The notes under the pieces were generated by a model, which was not told the origin of the DNA, made no database searches, and worked only from the letters and a program-made list of their open reading frames with translations. The translations under genes and the position numbers were made by a program. Shown here in pieces: positions 38,846 through 51,057 of a stretch of 64,000 nucleotides of DNA; positions within the stretch are counted from its first letter, which is position 1; the number at the start of each line of letters is the position of its first letter. Origin of the DNA: Marsupella aquatica (Eukaryota; Plantae; Marchantiophyta). The stretch covers positions 20,895,619-20,959,618 of the forward strand of contig OZ316892.1 in assembly GCA_973895155.1 (NCBI GenBank), read 5' to 3'.

Positions 38846-41040
38846 CTTGGGGGTCTCACTATATGGAGGACCCCCCCATCACCTGGGACATTTTCATGCC
38901 TAGACCCCCATACTTATTAAGTTGAAATTTTTTTTTCCTCCCTCTTTCTTTCTTCTAAGAGTCTAAAATCCAAATTGTATTGCCCCTATAATTTGTGAAG
39001 TAAAGTGTCACATATCAATAAAAAATGCCTAGAAAGAAAAGATAAGTCTATGTCAGTACCTTGTGAAGTCATATGTCAAACATGGCACGCCCTGCAACAG
39101 TTCTTGCACCTTTGTCGACCTTAAACTTTGATCATTTCAATGCATCATTTATATTGTGTACCTAAAAGGTCATCCCAATATAAACCTTACGTGCATAAGT
39201 GGGATGGCCTTTAAGGTCACAACATAAATAATCCATTCCACCCATTGATCACCAATCCCATGCTCCATCCATACTCCATTTAAAACTTATGTTGAGAGAT
39301 GTAACATGTGACAGAGGGGAATTGAACCCCTAATTGAGAAAGGATCTCAAGTTGCCAATCCGTCACCCCCTATCCTATCCCACTACACCCACTAATATTA
39401 ACAAAATAAAACATATATACAGACTCTCAAAAACTAAACAGTAGCATGATATTCATACCATTGTTTGAAGATACTGATCCAAAGCACGTCTATCTATTGG
39501 ATCAGGTGCTTCCTCGTCTATGACCGCTACCAGATCGACTACCAGATTGACTCTAGGTGTGCCATGCGTGATAGATTTGGGCGTGAAATAGTAGCAAGCA
39601 AGCAAGTACGATCGTCAAAGCAGGCAGCGCCTACCTCCCGGTTGAGCAACACAGCAATGCAGCTCCACTCCTGGCACTCCGGTTTGAGATATCGCAACAC
39701 TCCCTGCAGTAGCCACCTCCCATTTCAGCAAGCTAGCAGCTCCCGTTTTAGCAAGCAACAATGCAACACTCCCGACACCCACCTCCTGGAGTGCAACACT
39801 CTCGCTCGATTCTTCACTCCCGGGTTCACTTCAAGCAGCAGCGCAGCCGCAAAGTCTCACTCTCCCCTTCACTCTAATCAGCGCACGCAACTGAGAAGTC
39901 TCGCTCTCCCCTTCACTCTAAGCAGCAGCGCAGCTGAGATGTCTCGCTCTCCCCTTCACTCTAAACAGCAGTGCAGCCAGGAACTCTTGGTCGATCCTTC
40001 ACTTCAAGCAGCAATGGCAGCAGCGCAGCTGAGATGTCTCGCTCTCCCCTTCACTCTAAACAGCAGCGCAGCCAGGAACTCTTGGTTGATCCTTCACTTC
40101 AAGTAGCAACGGCAGCAGCGCAGCCAAGAGCGCAACACTCTCGCTCTCCCCTTCACTCCAAGTAGCAGCGCTTCACTCGATCCTTTGCCGAGAACTCTCG
40201 CTCTCCCCTTCACTCTCGCTCTCCCCTTCACTCCTTCACTCGATCCTTCGCCGAGAACTCTTGAATGCTTGATCTTTCACTCCAGCCGCAACAGCAACAC
40301 AACTCGATCCTTCTCCGAGAAATCTTGCTTGATCCTTCACTCCAGCCGCAGCAGCAGTGCAATCGAGAGCACAATAGGAGTCGATCCTTCACTCCAGTAG
40401 CAGTGTAGTCGAGAGCACACTCTTGCTCGATCCAACCTTCACTCCAAGTGCAGTCGAGAGCACACTCTCGCTCGATCCGACCTTCACTCCAAGCAGGAGC
40501 ACAACTGGTTTAGACCCCATTTAGACCATTTGCTGCAAGGTACAAACAAAAGAGACTCTGTTGAGGCAAAGAGTGGGTGGGGCCAAAGGGATAGTGGAGG
40601 GAAATGACACAGGAGGAGACTGACAAGGGCCAATTGAGGTAAACGAGACACGTTAAACAGAAAAATTTCAAACTTAATCCCGGTCAAACCCTAACGTGAG
40701 TCCCCATAAAACCAGATCATTCTCAAATTCTTGCCATGTTAACATATTAGAAAAATTAGGAAAATATATTGGGAATGTTATGTGTGCCACGTGTACCAAT
40801 GACATAGTGACACGTGTACTTTACATAGTCCGACACAAAGACCCCCTAACTTCTTTGTATGCCTTCCATCTACAAAGTCAAAAATATTAATATCCCTATT
40901 ATTCTTACAAGTTGTCCAACATATAAGGTTGACCCTATTGTTCTTACACAAATCTTCTTAAGTCTTCCAAGAAACCCAATTAACGGACCCTATACTTCGT
41001 CGCACGTGATATGAGATTTTCGCAGAGTGAGACCCCCGAG
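38846..41040. mobile_element. Non-autonomous TIR element (2.2 kb), 8-bp TSD CTCCATGG
   Basis: Left CTTGGGGGTCTCACT, right AGTGAGACCCCCGAG (14/15 inverted match); CTCCATGG at 38838-38845 and 41041-41048; internal CTCGCTCTCCCCTTCACT and GATCCTTCACT repeats at 39800-40490. Confidence 0.92.
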
Positions 41041-41621
41041 CTCCATGGGAATAGTTTGTATCTTGTCCTAACTTGTCATAGTAATCCAAACTGCGTGGAC
41101 TTTTGAGTTAGGCCTAGAATAGTAGAGTGAGGGAAAATTTCCCAGCTGTATAATCATGATCGCAACTCCTAAATCCCCGGCCTAAATCGACTGGATAGAA
41201 ACAAAATCAACGATGCGGTTGACGCAATGGACTGCGGATATATCGCATTTTGAAGAGTGACATTATTAATTTGGACCAGGGCGGTCAGTTCAAAACTAAC
41301 GAGGACCAGCTTTGAGGCGGGCAACGCATGCACTACTTGCCTTGCAACCTTTACCTCGAACACGCGTGGGCGGGCGATTCAAACGGACGATGAACCTGCA
41401 GCCTTTACCTTCAACACGCACGGGCGGGCGATTCAAACGAATGATGAACGAGAGAGGCAGTGAGTGCGCTTGGTGTAATACTCCCTTTTCGTTTTAAGTC
41501 CCCCTCTGTATTTCACTATTTTTGCTACGCGTACGCCTGGAGTGAAGTCGATCTTCAGAGCACTGAAGTCGATCTTCAGAGTTTCCTACACTTGATCGAT
41601 GTTGATTGAAACAGAGTTGCA

Positions 41622-41850
41622 ATGCATAAATGGAGCAGGCTTACGTGTAAGGAATTGTGTGAAAACATTGATCAATGTTTAGAATCGACAATGTACACTC
41701 CCAAAATTGAGGAGTTGGATCTTACTGGGGAAAGCTTCTTCTGTATGGATGGGGATGATTGGCAACTTTTCTTTGACAGTGTGGGGATGAAGACATGGGT
41801 ACACAGGAAGAAGTTGAGGAGATGGGTGAATGAATGCAACGGGAGCAGCA
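41622..41850 (+). other. SAM (sterile alpha motif)-like domain
   Basis: WSRLTCKELCE..MYTPKIEELDLTGESFFCMDGDDW..VGMKTWVHRKKLRRWV fits the SAM consensus spacing. Confidence 0.65.
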
Positions 41851-44800
41851 ATATCGGAGTCACACAGCCATCACAGCTACAGCCATCACCGCTGCAGCCA
41901 TCACCGTTGCCGCCAATGAAGACACTATCTGAACGTGATACGAATCGAAAGGAGAGCTCTGGTGAAGAAGAGCACAAGTCTATCAGGCCTGCAGAAAATA
42001 CCCGCACTCCTGATGCGCCGGAGAGAGAGACGTCTATGATTGGTTCTACCAAGCATCATCAAGTAAGTTGTTTGTCTCCCGTGACATTAAATTAGCCTAT
42101 TGAAATCCATTGCGACCACGGCAAGGACCTCTTCTGATAATCACGCGAGGGCATCTAATGCAGTGCACAATGGTAGTTTCTTTGTTTGATTGAATACACG
42201 CTGATGTGTGTTTCGACGCTGCTATGCACAGTTCTATCCTTCGACAGAGGACATCTTCAATGTGACCAACAAATATGGAGGACGATCCATTCTGGCTTCT
42301 AAGCATGTAGAAGCGCACCAAGCTCACAAGGCAAATTACAGAACGGTGAGGAATTGGTTTGCGAATTTTGCCGCCGACAAGGAGATATACGAATACCTCA
42401 GTGCAGATTTCAAGTCTAACACAAAGACAAAAGAGAATTGTCGATTGTATGTTCAGAGTAGAATGCACGAACTTTCACCTCTCAAATTTGAGTGTCCAGA
42501 AACCGGATCTAAACATGAGATGCCTTGGCCAGAAAGCTTCCTGTTTGAGGTCATCAAGAACAGAAAGCATGAATGGAGGAAAGCAAAATGCAAAAATCAA
42601 GGAAGGTACGTACTGACAGATTCCCATTCATTAGTTAGCGCAGTGCCATTGATTTTGGCAATGAACTGTGTTCTATCTTTTGCAACTTGGAAATAACCTA
42701 GAAATACCCTGGAATTAACCTCAAGTACTTGCACTGAATTTCATTGCAGGTGCCATCCCTACGGCCCGAAAAAAGGAGCCGACTGATTTTGCAGATATGA
42801 AGGTAGAACCAGATGCAGATGAAGCGATTGCCATTGGACATGGACAATCATACCCAAAGATTTTTGTGGAACTTCGTGCGTATGCATTCAAGGTGACCTT
42901 GGTAGAATTGCAAATGAGAGACGCCGATAAGTCTGTAAGGTATAGGGGGCAGTACAGTGGAGAGGTCGTTGGTCGTGGAATACCAGAGAGCGTTCATGTT
43001 ATTAAGAAAGTGAGATGGTGGAAGATTAAGTTCATGAAGGCCTTGTCTGATGGTAATCCGTCATTGTTGGCGCCTTACTGGGTGCCATTAATGACACCTT
43101 CAAAGGGTCTGCAGATGGTACAATTTGGGCACTTAAAACCAATAAGTATGGTGCCATATACATATATAAATATATATATGCATTTACCAACCCTAGGTTC
43201 ATTGCATCGGAATGAATCTGCTTCTCCGGGTTCTGCAGGTTTTTTCATGTTGCCCAGTCGATATGTATCGAGAGGTAGAGATGTTGAATGAATGTGGTTT
43301 TCTACAATATATTTATATTGCAAGATTCCCTGGCACTCATGCACTGTCACTATTGATGTGCATGTACATATTGCAGGACATGTCCATTTTTGTTCCGAGA
43401 GCATATTGTTCCATGAGTCCCAATCTGGCTCATAAAGTATGCCAATCGTATTCAGGTCCCTCTCCTCAGGGTTCTGCTGTCTCAAGAAAGACCTCCAAGA
43501 GAGCGGGGTTACCGGAGATAGGTCCCTTTCCTGAGGGTTCTGCTGTCTCAGGAAAGGCCTCCAATGGAGCGGGGTTACCGGAGATGCCTGACGTTGAGGA
43601 AAATCCTCTTTCAAAACCGAAGAAGCGAGTGTTGGCATTAGCTGGCCATGAAGAAGATGCAGAGGGAGGGGCGGAAGTAGAGCATAGAGAGGAAAGCAAA
43701 GCAGATGATGCGGTCAGGTCCAGCGATGGAGAGCCAAGCGAGGATACTGAAGTACTGGATACCACTACATGCAGCCAGGAGAAAACATCGTCAACATCAA
43801 CTATCAACTTGCAAGTTGATTGCTTCACTACATCCACCCAACTTTACATTGAATCTGATGAGGATGATGAAGACACTAATATAAGGCCTAACGATCAACC
43901 GGAACCGGAGGTACTAGTATTTTGTCATCCTAGTTGCGTTCTTATATATCATACGTACGTAATTATAATTAAGACACCGAGTTTGCTTTATACTTATTTT
44001 TCAGGTAAAAAGACAAAAGATTGAGAGCAGTCCTGCAGGGGGAAACAACCCGCTACTGTCCAAGGTATATATCATATATCATTGTATGTATAAGTTTTGT
44101 ATATTGCAATTATTATAATGGCCTAAAAGTTCTATTGTAAGTGATGTATATGACTTTGCAATTCATTCTACTTTGAGCCTAGGTTCACCAATATATACAA
44201 TGATTTGCACATCCACATATGCATGGTAGGTTAAGACCGAGAAGGAACAAGGTGGAGTCCTTGCAAGCATTCGGGACCTAAATCAACCATTGAGTAGAGC
44301 ACGAAGAGGCAAGGGTCCGAACCCAGGCAAAGAAAACGTACCTTCATTTAGAGCTATTTCAACAAAGGTACAGGAGGATGCAAGGGAACGGTTGTTGACC
44401 TGCAAAAACATGGTATGATTTCTTATTTCCATCCATTGTAAGCCAGCAGTCTTTATTAGGTTGCAGCGATCATTGTGTACAATGTGTAGACAGAAACTGT
44501 ATGTGTGGAACGTACTCTTGTGGTCTCATTATGTGGTCATTATACTTGTAAGGCAAACCAGGAAGAAGTTTTGTGTGCTCAAGGAACCCGGTCGACGAGA
44601 AGTAACAAGTCCCAGGCTTCTGAAGACTCCAATATAGTAAGCATATACTGAGAAGTTTTGCACGATTCTGTAAATAATCATTTATAGCTTGTCATTGGTG
44701 TACTACCATATTTTAAAGCTCACCAAAGACTGTAACTTTTGCAGAATTTTGAAAAGCTCACCAAAGACGCCAAACTAGTATTGTGCATGAGAGCCATGGG

Positions 44801-45609
44801 TTTGATGAAGACCTGCGAAGTGGAGGCCAAATTGCGCACGTTTGTAGCAGATACGAACAAGCGGTCAAAGACTACCCCCAAGCCATTCACCAAACACGCT
44901 CAGAAGAATGCATCAGAGTTATTGGACATGGTGGCCAGGTGGATTGTAGAGCAGAATGTAGTGATCGTTACACATCTTCCGGCTTTAAATGCCAATGGCC
45001 AACAAAGGATCTTCCCTGAAAATGCTATGAAGAAAGCCGGGGAAGAGGTATAGTACTCACTACATAGATAGCATACCTGCATCGCTCTATGAACGGCACA
45101 AGCTAGACAGGTTATGAATATGATTGCATTATATATTGACCAAGGGCCACCACTACTTGCTTCGTGTTTCACATATATATATACATATATATATACATAT
45201 ATATATAGAGAGATGCTAACGTACTTAGTTTCTAATGTACAAATGAATGCTACTTAACTCACTGTGATCTTACTTACAACGCTATGAGGAAATGATTCAA
45301 AACCATATTAGAAATTTGATTTGCATAAGCTGGGCCCAATAAAGAACCTTACATTCACGATACCCATCGACATTTCATGGTATTCATTGGCAATATGACT
45401 GGATGGTTTTCGATGCAATTCATCTAGGGACGCCAGACATTTTTAATACCCCATTGGTAATACGTGAGGATCCCCCAATACCCCACAATACATAGGCGTT
45501 ACATCGTGAATCCCCACTTCATCGTAGGCAATTTGGACGATGCGGATGCACATTATCCTGGAATTTGACGATGCGGATGCAATTTGACGCAGCAAGAAGC
45601 CTGGAATCA

Positions 45610-46425
45610 AAAATACCCTACAAATACCCCACGGTATGCAGGTAAAATGCACAAGTAATCCCCGCTCCGACATAGGAAATCTGGACGGTGAAGATGCATA
45701 TCATCCTGCAAACCTCCAGGGCTGTTAGCAAGGCCACCTGGAGAGTGGCAATTGGAAGTGGCATACAAATACCCCAACGATACCCCAGGGTATGCGGGTA
45801 ATATGCACACAGAACCCCCACTTTACAACAAGAAATTTGGATGGTGGAGATGCATATCATCCTGCACACCTCCAGGGCTGCCAGCGAGGCCACCTGGAGA
45901 GCGGCCATTGGACGCTGACAACCCAAATACCCCAGAGATACACAAATGTATGCGGGTAATATGTACACGGAATCCCCACTTAGCCACAGCAAAATTGGAC
46001 GGTGGAGATGCATATCATCCTGCGCACCTCCAGGGCTGCCAGCGAAGCCACTTGGAGAGCGGCAATTGGACGCTGACAACCCAAATACCCCAAAGATACC
46101 CCACGGTATGCGGGTAATATGCACACGGAATCCCCACTTTACCACAACAAAATTGGATGGTGGAGATGAATATCATCCTGCACACCTCAGCGAAGCCACT
46201 TGGAGAGTGGCAATTGGACGTTGACATCCCAAATACCCCAGCGATACCCTACAGTATGCGGGTAATATGCACACGGAATCCCCACTTTACCACAGCAAAA
46301 TTGGATGGTGGAGATGAATATCATCCTGCACACCTCAGCGAAGCCACTTGGAGAGCGGCAATTGGACGCTGACATCCCAAATACCCCAGCGATACCCCAC
46401 GGTATGCGGGTAATATGCACACGGA
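45610..46425. repeat. Intronic 148-158 bp tandem repeat (~5.5 copies)
   Basis: GTATGCGGGTAATATG anchor at ~45634 (variant), 45790, 45948, 46105, 46254 and 46402. Confidence 0.93.
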
Positions 46426-47499
46426 TGTTGCGGAGAGCGCGACCATCCAAGGACCTGGATTATGCCAACTGCCTTCGGCTTATACAAATAAACACGCAAA
46501 TGTGGGGAAATGCGGAGGCGCTAAACCCTTATGTAGTTGGGTATATTACGGGAAACGCCCCAAATGTCACGCCTGTGGGACACATAGGCAAATTACCCCA
46601 GGGAAACGTCGAACTGCTAGAAGTATCAAATCCCTCGTTATGTATGGGAAAGCATGGGTATTTTCAACCAAATTCCCTAAGATGTCAGGAATCCCCACTT
46701 CTTTGTTATGGTACACTGATTCACCAAGTCAGGTGGGGAAATCCCCAACTCCTCGACCATGCATATCCTCCTTGCACAGACAACAACCGCAATGCAACAA
46801 TTATTGTTGAATCCAATGAGAAATCCCAATGGATGAGACTTCTTGTGCCAATAAAACTCTACTCAACTTTACTTAAGGTTGAGTGGATGGCTCGATTGGA
46901 GATAAGCGTAGCTGATAAGGGATTCTTCCCGGATGGGGTAACAATTGATCAGATGTTTGAGAAGACTCATTCTCAAATAAGTGGAGTTGACCTGGTGTTC
47001 GGATTTCTATATGTAAAGAAGCACATGCATGACAATCCAGACAGTGTGGACCCTCCATCTACTTGGAGAGTTCAAAGGATGATTAAAAAGGCACATTTCT
47101 CATATGAGCAGGCAATCGACAAGAGTTTCATTTTTTGTCCAGAGTTTCAAGAGGCCGCGTGCCGGACGTGGATTTCAGAGATGAAGAAAAAAGAAGCAAA
47201 GCATAAGGCAAAAGAGAGAAAGAAGACAGTGGAAAGAAGCGCGCAATCAAAGACAGAGAAGAAACGGAAGCTTCGAGAGCTAGTTGTGCAAGAAGAGAAA
47301 CAATCTGGGACTTGACGCTGTAAGAAGATGGCTTCAAAAAAGGATGACGATGAGGGTCCAAAGAAAAAGCAGACAAAGAAGGCAAAGGTTGCAAGATCAA
47401 AACTAATGCAAGCGTCGACATCAAACTTTGTCTTGCATCCAGAGGATGATAGGTGTCCAATAGAAGGACCCGAAGAAGATGATGTGCTCAAAGGCCAAG

Positions 47500-48095
47500 A
47501 AGTTTTGTGTAATATTGAGCAATATTATACTTTTGGCATCCGCAAAATTTTTGATATTCCTGTCAAAAGTATTATTCCGCCATCGGCCGTTTTTGTATAT
47601 CGAATGTTCAATCATTCGCATGCAATGGAGATATCCAAGTCTATGATGAAAAACCCTGGACAGGAACCACAAGTTGCTGATTTGATTCCGTATTGCGAGA
47701 GCACTCAACAGTTGCTTCATTATGACAACACACCTCAAGATAGGAAAGAGTTTTTGATTGGTGTGAAGAAGCAGGAGATCCAATTCCTTGCCACCAGTGG
47801 CCAGCATTCTGCAAGAGCTGCCCAATGGATCCAAGGGTGGGCCGACACTGATGCCAAGTTGACAGATCTAGCCAACAAACTAAAGTATAGGAAAGCAAGG
47901 ATCCTATCTGACCTCACTCCGAAGACAATTTTGGTTGAGCATTCAAGTTTATCGAACGCTGTGAATAATAATATGCAATTTAAGTCTTGTTTTTTAGAGA
48001 CTATTGTTCATGCAAGAAGGCAATTTGAGGAGTGCGGGAAACCGCCGCGTCCAGGGATTGGGACCAATCAAAATATAGACAGGAAAAACTATCAG
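47500..48095 (+). other. ParB/Srx-like domain
   Basis: FDIPVKSIIPP..VYR..N..H..ISKSM..PQVADLIP..FLATSGQHSARAA; GQHS occupies the ParB GxHR box position. Confidence 0.6.
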
Positions 48096-48159
48096 GTACA
48101 TTTCTGAGCAAGGCAATCTATTCTTGATTCCCTTTGATTAAAGATTGGGGTAGAGGTTT

Positions 48160-48345
48160 GCCTCGCCCTTAGGGCGAGGCTACTTGTCTTGTTTTCCTTG
48201 GTTAGAATATTAAAGCAAATGCTTGCCTTGCCCTGAGGGCGAGGCAACCTGGACTAGTCTCTCTAAGAATATTGCTTGAGTTCCATTTCTGTCAATTGCG
48301 GTTGGATGCAGAAGTTTGCCTCACCCTTAGGGCAAAGCGGCCTAG
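48160..48345. repeat. Three GC-rich palindromes in an intron, Helitron-3'-end-like
   Basis: GCCTCGCCCT-T-AGGGCGAGGC (48160-48180); TTGCCTTGCCCTGAGGGCGAGGCAA then CTAGT (48223-48258); degenerate third copy then CTAG (48315-48345). Confidence 0.7.
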
Positions 48346-49099
48346 CCTGTTTCAAACATCTAGATATAAACTTTCTACCATATGCATTGTACCCTGAAAC
48401 CAATGTCAAGTCCATTGGATATGCAGAATTGGTTTTTCCCTGGCAAAGGTCACAATGGGGAAGTCAAGCCTGAAAAGCATTTACTGGTTACTTTTTGCTG
48501 AGGATGAGCTCTTTGAATTATGGCAGAATGTGTGTGGAGAATGGTTGAGTGGGAAGCTCCAAGATGGTGTTGGTGGGTATGGAGGGCCAAGACCCCCCAA
48601 ATCGATTGTTCCCGGTACCTTTCAATGCTTTGAAGGAGAGATTAGTAGTGAACAAATAATTGAGATCTTGAAGGACGTTCAAGAGGAGCGTGCCTTGATG
48701 AAGAAGGATATCACCAACAAATCAGAGCTTGTCGCAATGGGAGACTTGGCACTTACAATCAAGATAATGTCCAAACTGAGACATTACTGGCTATTTTGCG
48801 GAAAAGTATTGTGAGAAGTTTCCTGTTGGCACATCTTGGGAGTCTCTAGTGACGTTGTTGCCTTCCTTGAAATCTGAGCTTGAGATGACAAAGTTGAGGA
48901 GAGCAGCGGGTGAGGTTTACCTCAACAATTTGTTGAAGAAGAACGTGGTCAAGGAGAGTTTCCCGCAAAGTCTGATGGTCAGACTAGATGGGTTGTATTG
49001 TAAAGAAATTAGTGGGATTGGTCGTTCTCGCACGGAGCCTTTCTTGACATTTTTTAGTGATAATTTGATGAAGACGACCAGGCCGGAGATGCTACAAGA

Positions 49100-49800
49100 G
49101 CCTTCGCCTTTGTGTCCTCTTGCCATTGTTGACTTCAGTAGGCTCCGACAACATGTTTGGACTGATTCTGAAATTATTGCATTACTGCAATACATTGTGG
49201 ATCTTCCAAGAAATCCAACAATTGTTGTTGTCATGACTGTGCATCCGGGGCCACTTGCTGCAAACATTTTGAGTGCCCTTAGGAAATTGCAGCATGAAAA
49301 GGGAATGGACATCCACGTTGATTACGGGAGCTATCGATAGAGTGATACACCAGTTCCAGAGGGCTTACTTTTCAATTGTGGTATGGAGGAGATAATCTTT
49401 GCAGGAATCACCACTGAGGAGAAATTTGATTGGAAGCAAGTGTTCAGGCCTGGATTTAATTGCCAATTTTCTTACAATTCAACGATAGACCTTGATTTCC
49501 AAGTGGGAGACAAGATGGAGAAGCGAGATAAGAATAAGAGTAAGACAAGTAAGGAGACAGAGGCCGAGTCAACTGTGACATTTCACATTGGAGATTTCTT
49601 GCGAAAGGCTCCCATGTTTGAGATGGCGGGAAGTAGAGGTGGCTTTCTGAATATTCACGCTAAGCCAAAATATATGCTGTAGAGTATTATTGAATTTTTT
49701 TCGACTGAAGGGGAAACTATCCTTGACTTTTTCTCGGGAGGACAGGTTATGAAGGTGTCCTTGTTGTGTTTCAGAGAATGCTTTGCGTATTCAGACATTG
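49100..49800 (+). other. Beta-class N4-cytosine/N6-adenine DNA methyltransferase-like domain
   Basis: Reading through the TAG codons: ..EEIIFAG..NIHAKPKYML*SIIEFFSTEGETILDFFSGGQVMKVSLLCFRECFAYSD matches the N6_N4_Mtase C-terminal pattern KP..L..II..S..G..VLD.F.G. The upstream catalytic-motif position reads LAIVDFSR, not (D/S)PPY. Confidence 0.7.
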
Positions 49801-51057
49801 AGGATGAATATGATTTCACTCAAGCATATGGAAGGGTTCTGCGAGAAGGTTCCTTCCATAATGAGTCACGGGATGGGCGGTTCCAAATTTGGCAGATCCT
49901 GCGATGTGGTTTCCGAGCGTGTTGGCGCCAAAGAAGGCGTAGAGCAGGGTGAAGATGAGATTGAGGAAGGAGAATTGGGTCACGACACAGACGATAGGGT
50001 CACCAGAAATTTGGATGAACGTGGAACACAAGTGGTAGGTACTCCCTACTTTGGTGTGGGGTTGATAGATGTTGTGGGTCGACCTGAGGGCGACCCACCA
50101 AAAAATCCCTTTGCCGGTGTAGAGAATTGGATGCACCAATCGGACCCAGATCTTACATCGTCCACATTGGACACACAATGGAAGGCAACCGCAGGTGATC
50201 TAGGTAATATTGGCAGAGTAGAATTGGAAGAAATGCCAGACATTGCGCTTGCAAAGGAGGATGATCGCCAAGTGCCTGAGACCGCAGCACATGAAGAAGA
50301 GAAGGCAGGTGCTTCAACTCCTCCCCTGTCTCCTCTATATTGCTCATTAGGGAGTAAATTGGTTTTACAAGTGCTTCTACAGGAAGCCCTGTAGTATTAT
50401 CATTTTCACAAAATTCTGGATCTGAGATAGGCAGGACTGGATATATGAAAATAGTCCGTCGTGCAACTCATTTTATATGGAGAAATGGACCAAAGGTTGG
50501 AATGATAGAATCACTAGACAAAGGTCCAAAGATAATGGCAAAATAAGATTACAAAAAAATGAACTTGAGATTGAGCCTAGTTTTTGCACCCCCATCCTTT
50601 GAAGAGCAACTTCCCAGTGGCATCAACTCTGAGATACAGAGTGTTCTAGGTGATCAGACAATAGATGAATTTGGGCATTTTAACATCGGAAATTATTAGC
50701 CTTTTCTTTGGTTCTTGGTATTTTAATGACAATCTAAGCTTTATCTTTGTAATAATATACTTTTTTACAGACCAAAGTTGCGTCGTAGAATCTCCTTCCT
50801 CAAATGACTTTAATGGCATTCCCTCGGAAAGCGTTGTTGTGGAGGAAGAGTTTGACCCAGGTATACCTTGGATCTAAAAAATAGCAAATTTTGAATGTAT
50901 TTGTTTTTCTAGGAGGGTCGCTCGCCCCAGGGTCGTTCCTCTCTCCTTCAAATGTTATAACAAAGTTTGTTTGATTTCAAATTTTGAGATTTTTCCTCGG
51001 TAGTAATTGTTTAAACTTTGAGTCACATTGACTAAGGGCTTATTTTAATGTTTCCAG

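Noticed and set aside
39465-40400. 213-aa and neighbouring Ser/Ala-rich ORFs
   Set aside because: Translations of low-complexity repeats inside the non-autonomous TIR element.
42232-42370. Homeodomain (YPS...VRNWFAN)
   Set aside because: YP-to-WF spacing is about 40 aa instead of about 22 and helix 1 is not evident; suggestive only.
45443-46450. Overlapping ORFs in the ~150-bp array; CRISPR-like appearance
   Set aside because: Head-to-tail tandem units without unique spacers, inside a predicted intron of a eukaryotic gene.
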